Assembly (NCBI GenBank): GCA_022013235.1
Contig: JAKLQR010000349.1
Span: 1 to 32,322 of the forward strand
Length of the DNA stretch: 32,322 bases
DNA from: Thermodesulfovibrionales bacterium
GTDB lineage: Bacteria > Nitrospirota > Thermodesulfovibrionia > Thermodesulfovibrionales > SM23-35
Reading direction: 5' to 3'
The notes below the pieces were generated by a model. The model had not been told where the DNA came from and ran no database searches. It saw only the letters and a program-made list of their open reading frames with translations. Below are positions 17,623 to 25,410 of the stretch, one piece after another; within the stretch, counting starts at the first letter, position 1, and the number at the start of each line of letters is the position of its first letter. The position numbers and the translations under genes were made by a program.

Positions 17623-19011
17623 GTGAGAAAATATCTGGCTTTAGTGTTAAGTTTGCTTTTTGTAATAAGTCTTGCAGCTACCGCTTCTGCTGAGGACAAG
17701 ACCGATATCACAATCGGCGGGAAAATCCTCGTCAAAGGCTGGTATGTCAAAAATGTCGCCGGATTGTCCGGATCGGATGTAGTCCCTGTCGGCGATGAAG
17801 ATTCAATTGCCTTCTGGCACCAGAATGTCAATTTAACAGTTGACGCAAAGGTGGCTGACAACGTCCGTGGCTTCATCGAATTAGAGACAGCTACCGGCAC
17901 ATCCGGTAAGAGCGGTCTTTGGTACTGGGGCGATGCAGCCCGCGGTTATGATGCAAAACCGAATACAAACATCATGATCAGACAGGCCTGGATTCAGTAC
18001 ACCGGTTCCGGTCTTCTCGGTATGCCTTCCGGAATCAAGATCGGCCATATGCCGATTTCAGTCGGCGAGAAACAGTTCCTGAACAACGAGAGATTCGGCG
18101 ACGACGCCCTTCTCGTATGGGTAGACCCCATGAAGGAACTCCATATTGCAGCGGGAACAGTAAAGCTCAATGAGGGCAGTCTCTATAAGCATTGGGATGA
18201 CCTTGACGGCTATGTCCTCCTTACGACCTATATGTGGGACAAAGACAATACTGTAGGAGCCAACTGGGTATATGCACACAGCGATGGCAATTGTCCTTCA
18301 TTAGGTTCGGGAATCAATGTTGAAGACCTCAATTTCCACAACATCGGTATCCATGGAAACGGAAGTATCGCAGGATTGACCTATGGCGCAGAAGCCGATA
18401 TGCAGTTCGGCAAAGTCAAGGATATCCTCTTTTCAGGTTCAGACCTGAAAGCAAAAGGCTGGGCAGTCTTCGCAAAACTCGGGTATGCCCTTGATATGGT
18501 AAACCTGAGAGCATCATTTGCATATGGCAGCGGTGACGATAACGCTAACGATGAAGACTGTGACGAATTCCAGACCCTCCAGGGTTCTGACTATGGCGCA
18601 ACCGCCAGGATGGTACACTACACCCAGATTTACGAGCGTACAGTAAGAACAGCAGCTCATGCTGCAGCCCTTACCACAACAGTCGGCGGCAACACCACAA
18701 ACACCGGTATCGCAAACACCACATACTTCAATCTCGGAGTGGACGTCAACCCGATGAAAGAACTCAGCCTTTCTCTTGACGGCTACTATCTGCTGGCTTC
18801 ACAGACCGGCGCATGGGAAGACGACCTTGGCGTGAGCGTTGACAAGAACCTCGGCTGGGAAATTGACACAAAGATCAACTACAAAATTGCAAAGAACCTC
18901 TCTTACTTCGTAGAGGCCGGCTGGTTCAAACCGGATGATTTCTATTCTGACATCGGCGCAGAAGACAAGACCGTCACACAGCTTGTCCATGGAATCTCCC
19001 TCACATTCTAA
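17623..19011 (+). CDS. Signal-peptide outer-membrane beta-barrel porin (family unassigned)
   Basis: AGGAGG lies 8 nt upstream of a GTG start. Signal peptide ...LAATASA/EDK. G/Y/D/N-rich amphipathic strands. C-terminal HGISLTF with terminal Phe, typical of OM barrels. Confidence 0.65.
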   Translation: MRKYLALVLSLLFVISLAATASAEDKTDITIGGKILVKGWYVKNVAGLSGSDVVPVGDEDSIAFWHQNVNLTVDAKVADNVRGFIELETATGTSGKSGLWYWGDAARGYDAKPNTNIMIRQAWIQYTGSGLLGMPSGIKIGHMPISVGEKQFLNNERFGDDALLVWVDPMKELHIAAGTVKLNEGSLYKHWDDLDGYVLLTTYMWDKDNTVGANWVYAHSDGNCPSLGSGINVEDLNFHNIGIHGNGSIAGLTYGAEADMQFGKVKDILFSGSDLKAKGWAVFAKLGYALDMVNLRASFAYGSGDDNANDEDCDEFQTLQGSDYGATARMVHYTQIYERTVRTAAHAAALTTTVGGNTTNTGIANTTYFNLGVDVNPMKELSLSLDGYYLLASQTGAWEDDLGVSVDKNLGWEIDTKINYKIAKNLSYFVEAGWFKPDDFYSDIGAEDKTVTQLVHGISLTF

Positions 19012-19037
19012 TTTATTCTGCATAAGGTGATCTCAAA

Positions 19038-19067
19038 GGGCGGCTCGCATGAGCCGCCCTTTTTATT
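19038..19067 (+). terminator. Rho-independent terminator of the porin gene
   Basis: GGGCGGCTC-GCAT-GAGCCGCCC followed by TTTTTATT. Confidence 0.85.
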
Positions 19068-19150
19068 GTCTTTCAGAAAACTGTTCTGATAAACTACATG
19101 TGAAGATGAGTCTTCGGTCAATTGTGTGGATAATTGCAATAACAAACCTC

Positions 19151-19278
19151 GTCATTCCCCGACTTGATCGGGGAATCCAGAAATCCATTTGCTGTTCGGG
19201 TCCGCCTTTGCAGAAATATGCGGACAGTGGATTATCTATTCTGAAGACCTGGATTATCCGGTCAAGCCGGATAATGAC
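19151..19278. mobile_element. MITE/REP-like element, copy 2 (128 bp)
   Basis: Left arm 19151-19178 is identical to 9954-9981. The reverse complement of the right arm (19251-19278) is GTCATTATCCGGCTTGACCGGATAATCC, 22/28 identical to the left arm, and each arm is itself a hairpin. 72 bp of unrelated sequence lies between the arms. Confidence 0.6.
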
Positions 19279-19359
19279 AGGAAAGCATTGTATACTTTTT
19301 ACCCACTCGATTCCACGACGATTCATGAAAACCAACCACATATTCTTACCCTTTAACTT

Positions 19360-20349
19360 ATGAATTACGGAAAAATACTCACTAACTTTAAGAAGAAAAA
19401 AATACTTGTTATCGGAGATATCATCCTCGACCGCTATATATGGGGGAAGGTAAGCAGGATATCCCCTGAAGCGCCTGTCCCGGTTGTTGAGGTTACCGAT
19501 GAGGACTTTCTTCTCGGAGGCGCCTCGAACGTTGCGCATAATATCGTATCGCTCGGCGGCAGTGCGACCCTTGCCGGTGTCGCAGGGAATGACAGGGGGG
19601 GAGATATCCTCAGAAAAATGTTCGACGACAAAGGAATACAGCACGATGGCGTCTTATGGACATCCCGTCCGACAACCATGAAAACCCGCGTGATCGCTCA
19701 CGGCCAGCAGGTCGTGAGATTCGACAGGGAAGAAAAGACTAAATTCGACGGGAAGCTCTCTGCCCATCTGATCGCGCAGATGAAAAAATCGCTTCCGGGC
19801 TATGATGCGGTTATCATATCCGACTATAGAAAGGGCGTTATCTCATCTGAACTTGTGAGAGAGATTGTGCGGCTGGCAAAGCCAAAAAACATTTTTGTAT
19901 CGGTTGATCCCAAGGTCGGCCATTTTCATTGTTATAGAAATGTCTCTCTCATTACCCCGAATGTCCAGGAGGCTTCGGCAGCATCCGGCATAGAGATCAG
20001 GGACGAGAAATCGCTTGTGAATGCAGGGAGGACCCTCCTGAGAAAACTGCCCTGTGATGCGGTCCTGATCACCAGAGGCGAGCATGGCATGAGCCTCTTC
20101 AAAAAAGACAACGCAGTGCATATTCCAACCGTGGCAAAAAATGTGTATGATGTCACCGGTGCAGGAGATACGGTTATTGCAGTGTTTACTCTTGCACACG
20201 CATCAGGAGCCGGCCTGGAAGAAGCTGCCGTCATTGCAAATCATGGTGCGGGCATCGTAGTAGGTGAAGTCGGAACTGCCGTAATTACCCAGGAACAATT
20301 GCGAAATTCATTTTCTTCCGTCCGTCGTAAGTTGAATTCGTCGGCGTAA
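19360..20349 (+). CDS. hldA: D-glycero-beta-D-manno-heptose-7-phosphate kinase (RfaE domain I / HldA-type PfkB kinase)
   Basis: ILVIGDIILDRYIWGKVSRISPEAPVPVV, GGASNVAHN and C-terminal DVTGAGDTV (PfkB signature). Confidence 0.8.
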   Translation: MNYGKILTNFKKKKILVIGDIILDRYIWGKVSRISPEAPVPVVEVTDEDFLLGGASNVAHNIVSLGGSATLAGVAGNDRGGDILRKMFDDKGIQHDGVLWTSRPTTMKTRVIAHGQQVVRFDREEKTKFDGKLSAHLIAQMKKSLPGYDAVIISDYRKGVISSELVREIVRLAKPKNIFVSVDPKVGHFHCYRNVSLITPNVQEASAASGIEIRDEKSLVNAGRTLLRKLPCDAVLITRGEHGMSLFKKDNAVHIPTVAKNVYDVTGAGDTVIAVFTLAHASGAGLEEAAVIANHGAGIVVGEVGTAVITQEQLRNSFSSVRRKLNSSA

Positions 20350-20419
20350 TCCCCGTTTTCAGGTATATCAAGGAGCAAGATTCATTGGGAATAAGCAAAA
20401 AAGCGAAAGGACTTTTCAC

Positions 20420-21466
20420 ATGGCAAAGGCGGTAGCCCTCTGTTCAGGGGGTCTTGACAGTACCCTTGCGATCCTTGCAATTCTGAAACAGGGCATTGAA
20501 GTCCATGCGCTGAAATTCATTACCCCTTTTGACTGTCATACACAGCGGGGAAAATCGGAGAAAGGAGATCCTGCCTCCCTGGCGGAAAAGTTCGGTTTTT
20601 CACTTATCTTCTGCACTTTGGACACGCAGTTCCTCGATATAGTCAAGACCCCCCGGCACGGATACGGAAAAAACATGAATCCCTGTATCGACTGCAGGAT
20701 CCTTATGTTGAGAGAGGCGAACAAAATCATGGAAACTATCGGGGCGGACTTTCTTGTTACCGGGGAAGTGCTGGGACAGCGTCCGATGAGTCAGAGAAAA
20801 GACATGCTTTATCATATAGACAAGGAAACCGGACTGAAAGACCTTGTGGTGAGACCGTTGAGCGCCAGGCTGCTCAGAACTACAATCCCCGAGGCCCGGG
20901 GAATCTTACAGAGAGAAATGCTCTATGGGTTCAGCGGCCGGTCACGCAAACCGCAGATCGCACTCGCGGCAGAGTATGGCCTGAAGGATTATCCTTCTCC
21001 TGCCGGCGGATGCCTGCTTACTGATCCGATATATGCTCACAGGCTGAAAGATCTGCTTGTTCATACCCCCTCCCCTTCCCTCAGGGACATCGCATTGCTG
21101 AAAACAGGCAGGCATTTCCGGTTCTCTCCAACTTGTAAAATCGTGATCGGGAGGGACAAGAGTGAAAACACAGAGATAGATTCTCTCCGCACAGCCACTG
21201 ATTTTCTTTTACGGGTTGAGGGATATGGAAGCCCGCTGGCGCTGGTGAGAGGACAGATTTCTGATGAAGCGTTAACCGTCGCTGCTTCACTCTGTGCGCG
21301 GTATTCCGATGCGAAGAATACTGGGGAAGTTCTGGTCTCGGTATTTCGCCGCGACAATGTTTCTTCGCTCAGGGTCACGCCTGCGGGAAACATGGCGCTT
21401 GAAGCATACAGGATAGAGAAGAGGAAAAGGTCTCTTGAGATTTCTCAGACCGAGTTGTTAAGCTAG
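20420..21466 (+). CDS. PP-loop (adenine-nucleotide alpha-hydrolase) protein, ThiI/MnmA-like sulfurtransferase family, with uncharacterised C-terminal half
   Basis: PP-loop ALCSGGLDST. NPCIDCRILMLREA...GADFLVTGEVLGQRPMSQ resembles the ThiI catalytic-Cys region. No THUMP or rhodanese domain seen. Confidence 0.6.
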   Translation: MAKAVALCSGGLDSTLAILAILKQGIEVHALKFITPFDCHTQRGKSEKGDPASLAEKFGFSLIFCTLDTQFLDIVKTPRHGYGKNMNPCIDCRILMLREANKIMETIGADFLVTGEVLGQRPMSQRKDMLYHIDKETGLKDLVVRPLSARLLRTTIPEARGILQREMLYGFSGRSRKPQIALAAEYGLKDYPSPAGGCLLTDPIYAHRLKDLLVHTPSPSLRDIALLKTGRHFRFSPTCKIVIGRDKSENTEIDSLRTATDFLLRVEGYGSPLALVRGQISDEALTVAASLCARYSDAKNTGEVLVSVFRRDNVSSLRVTPAGNMALEAYRIEKRKRSLEISQTELLS

Positions 21467-21495
21467 AGTATAACTTATTATTGCAAGGAGGTTAT

Positions 21496-21912
21496 ATGAA
21501 AAGAATTCTTTCACTTATCATCGTTGTTTCCCTGCTCGCACTGACATTCGGCTGTACTGAATATCATGCACAGGGAGCAGGAGCGGGAGCTTTACTCGGC
21601 GGCGTTGCGGGAGCTCTCCTTGACCATAAAAACCCCTGGAGAGGCGGGGTAATCGGCGCCGCTATCGGCGGAGTGGGCGGGGCTACCTTGACGGACATTT
21701 CTATGAGAGCTTCAAGAGAGTCTGCTGCTTCAAACCAACCGGTGGAATACAGAACGACTGACGGCGCCGGTGTCTATCGTGCTGATCCTGTAAGCTATAA
21801 CGCTCAGACAAAATGTCATAAGGTCCGTGAGAGAGTATGGGAAAAGGACCAGCTTGTAAAAGACCAGGTGCGGGAAGTGTGCGAAGGCGAAAAAACTGAA
21901 CCGACTTATTAA
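21496..21912 (+). CDS. Glycine-zipper lipoprotein
   Basis: AGGAGG precedes the ATG at 21496. Lipobox LTFG/C. Contains GAGAGALLGGVAGALL...GGVIGAAIGGVGGA. Confidence 0.7.
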   Translation: MKRILSLIIVVSLLALTFGCTEYHAQGAGAGALLGGVAGALLDHKNPWRGGVIGAAIGGVGGATLTDISMRASRESAASNQPVEYRTTDGAGVYRADPVSYNAQTKCHKVRERVWEKDQLVKDQVREVCEGEKTEPTY

Positions 21913-21964
21913 ACTGAACTATCACTAAAGCGACATATATAATTTCGAATAGAACACAGTAACT

Positions 21965-22019
21965 GTCATGCCGGCCCGGCATCCTTCTTCAGGAAAGATT
22001 CCCGACAAGCGGGAATGAC
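21965..22019. mobile_element. MITE/REP-like element, copy 3 (55 bp, degenerate)
   Basis: Left arm GTCATGCCGGCCCGGCATCC. The reverse complement of the right arm (21997-22019) is GTCATTCCCGCTTGTCGGGAATC, the same consensus as copies 1 and 2. Confidence 0.5.
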
Positions 22020-22091
22020 AACTATGTAGAGTCTATACACAATATCTGAGGAATGTAGATAGTGTGAGAGCGCTGTCTGCATTTCTCAGAG

Positions 22092-24062
22092 TTAAGAGTC
22101 TCTCCCGGAGTAAACTTCCCGCAAGAACTTTTTTAGCTCCTCCGGGTCTCTAATCGGCTCGTAACAGACTGTATCGATACAGGGGACAACAAAACCCTTG
22201 TCGTCTTCATACACAACACTCAGATAAGGTATAAATGATGCAAGGGCTGTATTGGCCAATTGACTGTCCGGCTTTGCCTGTATTGTCAATTTCATCATCA
22301 TAGAGAATGCCTCAAGGGCACAGAAGTAATATGCGGCATGAAGAGGAGAATCTTTTGCTGTCGATGAAAAAACCTTGAACGCAGTTTCTGCATGTACACG
22401 ATACTGCACTTTCCCGGTCATGGAGTATAGTTGCAGGAGAAGCAGAATGCCCACTGCATTCGCCGACGGATGGGGTATGTCTTCTATGCTCTTCAGACGC
22501 AACCCGATAACCTCTGTCTCTGTGTCAAAGAATCCTCCCTCTTCCTCATCCCAGAACTTTCCGATGCATGCGTCCATGCATTCAACTGCCCGGTGGAGAT
22601 AAGAGTGATCACCAGACACTTCATATGCAGCGATCAGCGCCTCTGTAAGATAGATATAATCATCAAGCACAGCCTTGACTCCTTCTGTATGAAACAGTTC
22701 CCCTCCGGCAGAATGCATCTGTAAAATCCTGTTGAGACTTTTAAGCGCAAATCCCCGGATATCCGCATCACCAAGAATTCTTGAGGCCTTGAGGCATGAG
22801 GTGACAAGCATGCCATTAAGAGAGGTATAGAATGTCCTGTCCACAAAAGGTGTTGTTCTTTTCTTCCGTGCAGCGAGCAGCTTCTCTTTCCCGGAGCGGA
22901 TTACCGACTGTATTGTCTGTATGTCCTTTCCGGTTCTCTGAATAATTTCCTGCAGAGCCGTCGAGACAAACAAGACTTTTCTGGACTGGTCCTGGTGCAT
23001 GGCTCCCCGCTCGTCAAGCAGGTGAAGGGACAGGATCTCGTATTCGTCATCACTGAACATCCGTCTGAAATCTTCCTCTGTCCAGGTAAAATATCCTCCT
23101 TCGTCTTCAGGACCGACATCGGCGTCCTGACTTGCGTAGAATCCACCCTCCGGGTCAGAGAGCACGTCTCTGAGGAATTTGATAATCCCTTCTGCGACAT
23201 CCCTGAAATATTCATTTCCGAACACCGCATACGCGTCTGTGTAATTTCTCAGATGCCATGCGTTGTCGTCAGCCATCTTCTCGAAGTGGGGTATAATCCA
23301 TGCCTCGTCAACCGAATACCGGTGGAACCCGCCGCCGATCTGGTCGTGTATGCCGCCATCCGCCATCGCTTCAAGGGTTTTCTTTACGGCATTTCCCTCC
23401 GATTCTCTTTTTGCAAGGAAGAACCTGTTTATGAGGAGAGTGAGAGCCCCCGGCATCGGGAATTTTGGAGAGTGGCCGAAACCGCCATTCCGGGTATCAA
23501 AGGCAGAGAGGATCCCCCTTACAGACTCGCTTGTCAAAAGCCTGTTTATCTCACCCCCCCCGGGATATTGGGGCTTCAGGAGATCGAGGAGCTTCTGGCT
23601 ATAGGTTAAGACTTCAGTGCGGTTTGTAGAATAATAGCTGGCTGCCTTTTCGAGAACCTTCTTGAATCCGGGTCTTCCCTGCATATCCGCAGGAGGGAAA
23701 TAGGTGCCTCCGAAAAAAGGCATTCTATCGGGAGACAGAAATACACTAAGCGGCCAGCCTCCTCCATGCCCCATCACAGCCACTGCCTGCTGATATCTTC
23801 TGTCTATATCAGGCCGCTCGTCTCTGTCGATCTTGATGCATATATACTGTTTGTTGAGCAGATCTGCGATTTCAGGGTCTTCAAAAGACTCCTGTGCCAT
23901 GACATGACACCAGTGGCACCAGACGGCCCCTGAACTGAGGAAAACCGGTTTGTCTTCCTGTCTCGCCCTGTCAAATGCCTCATCCGACCAGGGATACCAG
24001 TCTATCTTCTGCTTTGCCGCATGCCTGAGGTAGGGAGATTTTTCGTGAGAAAGTCTATTCAT
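22092..24062 (-). CDS. Thioredoxin-fold DUF255/YyaL-type protein with (alpha/alpha)6-barrel C-terminal domain
   Basis: N-terminus SPYLRHAAKQKIDWYPWSDEAF...KPVFLSSGAVWCHWCHVM...IKIDRDERPDID is characteristic of this family. 656 aa. Confidence 0.85.
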   Translation of the reverse strand: MNRLSHEKSPYLRHAAKQKIDWYPWSDEAFDRARQEDKPVFLSSGAVWCHWCHVMAQESFEDPEIADLLNKQYICIKIDRDERPDIDRRYQQAVAVMGHGGGWPLSVFLSPDRMPFFGGTYFPPADMQGRPGFKKVLEKAASYYSTNRTEVLTYSQKLLDLLKPQYPGGGEINRLLTSESVRGILSAFDTRNGGFGHSPKFPMPGALTLLINRFFLAKRESEGNAVKKTLEAMADGGIHDQIGGGFHRYSVDEAWIIPHFEKMADDNAWHLRNYTDAYAVFGNEYFRDVAEGIIKFLRDVLSDPEGGFYASQDADVGPEDEGGYFTWTEEDFRRMFSDDEYEILSLHLLDERGAMHQDQSRKVLFVSTALQEIIQRTGKDIQTIQSVIRSGKEKLLAARKKRTTPFVDRTFYTSLNGMLVTSCLKASRILGDADIRGFALKSLNRILQMHSAGGELFHTEGVKAVLDDYIYLTEALIAAYEVSGDHSYLHRAVECMDACIGKFWDEEEGGFFDTETEVIGLRLKSIEDIPHPSANAVGILLLLQLYSMTGKVQYRVHAETAFKVFSSTAKDSPLHAAYYFCALEAFSMMMKLTIQAKPDSQLANTALASFIPYLSVVYEDDKGFVVPCIDTVCYEPIRDPEELKKFLREVYSGRDS

Positions 24063-24117
24063 AGTAAACTATGTTCAAAGAATTGTCCGCACTGATTATT
24101 AACACTTTCATGGTATC

Positions 24118-24696
24118 TTATTTCAGCCTCCCCTCCACAGCGGCCCAGTTGATATTCTTGAAAAACGCTGCGATATAGTCGGCCTTTTTAAGCCCGTAAT
24201 CGAGCATAAACGCATGTTCGAAAACATCCATAATAAGGAGGAGAGTGCACCCTGCGGGATGGGCAACATCATGCTCATTGATCCAGAAGTTTATTAACCG
24301 TCCGGTTGCAGGATCCTGATAGAGAGCAACCCAACCAATGCCTCTCATCGCCCCGGTGGCCCTGAAATCCTTTTCCCATACTTCATTGCTTCCGAAATCC
24401 TCAACAAGCTTTTTCGAGAGCCGGCTTGCCTTGTCCAGCGGTGTTTTGCCTCCGAGGTTTTCAAAATAATACTCATGCAGTCTCATGCCATTGAATTCCC
24501 ATCCGAGTCTTCTCTTCAGTTCCGCAAATTCAGGAGTACCGGCCTTGTCGTCCTTCACCATCTGAGCGAGGGAATCGAGCACCTTGTTCGTATTGGTAAC
24601 GTACCCCTGGTAGAGCGTGAAATGATTCTTCAGGAGAGTTTCGCTGAATCCCTCCATCCCCACGATATTCGAATAATCCTTTGCAGTGTAAGCCAT
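24118..24696 (-). CDS. Fe/Mn-family superoxide dismutase (divergent N-terminal helix)
   Basis: C-terminal signature DVFEHAFMLDY and mid-region NGMRLHEYYFENLGG. The N-terminal region KNHFTLYQGYVTN departs from the canonical HxxKHHxxYV. Confidence 0.8.
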   Translation of the reverse strand: MAYTAKDYSNIVGMEGFSETLLKNHFTLYQGYVTNTNKVLDSLAQMVKDDKAGTPEFAELKRRLGWEFNGMRLHEYYFENLGGKTPLDKASRLSKKLVEDFGSNEVWEKDFRATGAMRGIGWVALYQDPATGRLINFWINEHDVAHPAGCTLLLIMDVFEHAFMLDYGLKKADYIAAFFKNINWAAVEGRLK

Positions 24697-24718
24697 AGTG
24701 TTCCTCCTTTTCGGTCAT

Positions 24719-24976
24719 TTATTCGTCTTTTTCCTGAAAACCCTGCAGCACAAACCTCATCCGTCTTGCCAGCTCCCTCAATGAATCGGCAAGACTCATT
24801 CCTTTATCCAGGAGTTCTCTCACAACATCAGCCTTTGAAAGCTCATTCACGATTGTTTTGCTTTTTTTATCGGCCAGACAGATATTCTGCCCTGTATCAA
24901 TCTGCTGGGTAATACATCCTTCTATCTGTTCTGCGGTATACTTCTTCGTAAGCTCCCTGATCTGTTTTACATCCAT
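24719..24976 (-). CDS. Hypothetical 85-aa protein upstream of SOD
   Basis: Its stop lies 22 nt upstream of the SOD start on the same strand. Helical, charged sequence. No obvious Shine-Dalgarno; TATATA ends 3 nt before the ATG. Confidence 0.45.
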   Translation of the reverse strand: MDVKQIRELTKKYTAEQIEGCITQQIDTGQNICLADKKSKTIVNELSKADVVRELLDKGMSLADSLRELARRMRFVLQGFQEKDE

Positions 24977-25153
24977 AGGTATATACCAATGAGAGCAAGA
25001 GCAATGCCAAATTGCAACTGATTGATATTATTGATATTTATTACACCAGCCCGTCTTTTCGCAAGTCATTTTGCCGTACCCTAAGGACAATATTCCCTGA
25101 AACGGTTCAACCGGATTTTTCCCGGAGCAAATGATTCAATCTGCGGCAACCAC

Positions 25154-25316
25154 GGGATATGGCTCAATTTCTGAAGAGAGATCACGGGTAGTCTCGATGA
25201 GGCTGAAGACGAAGCGGAAGCCTCACGTATGAATTGAATAAAAACATTGGAGTCAGATAAAGGCTGGGATAAAAGCAAAGATAGTTTATCTCTCTTCAGA
25301 AATTGAGCCATATCCC
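25154..25316. repeat. 29-bp perfect inverted repeat flanking a 105-bp spacer
   Basis: 25154-25182 (GGGATATGGCTCAATTTCTGAAGAGAGAT) is the exact reverse complement of 25288-25316, checked base by base. Confidence 0.95.
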
Positions 25317-25410
25317 TTCCTCAGAATATTTTGGAAAACCATGAATTTGTATATAATGATTAAAGTATACAGTATCATGCTGCTTACAGCCTTGCCTGCA
25401 AGGAGGATAT

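Noticed and set aside
19063-19644. 193-aa minus-strand ORF spanning the MITE-like element and the 5' end of hldA
   Set aside because: It runs through a repeat element and the clearly coding N-terminus of the heptose kinase, and part of its sequence is repeat-derived (the plus-strand 104-aa track ORF over the same repeat reads VIPRLDRGIQ). Judged spurious.
22995-23609. 204-aa ORF antisense to the DUF255/YyaL gene (also 29402-29974 antisense to the ligase fusion)
   Set aside because: These are shadow ORFs opposite strongly supported genes. No motifs recognised.
25021-25041. Fur/PerR box interpretation of ATTGATATTATTGATATTT
   Set aside because: It is a direct repeat, not the inverted 7-1-7 or hexamer-array consensus. 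It is kept only as an unexplained tandem 9-mer within the SOD finding.
25081-25311. 76-aa minus-strand ORF spanning the 29-bp inverted repeat
   Set aside because: Not called as a gene. The sequence is low-complexity (ASASSSASS) and its ends are generated by the repeat arms. It does have a decent GAGGAAGG upstream, so it is discussed under the inverted-repeat finding rather than dismissed outright.
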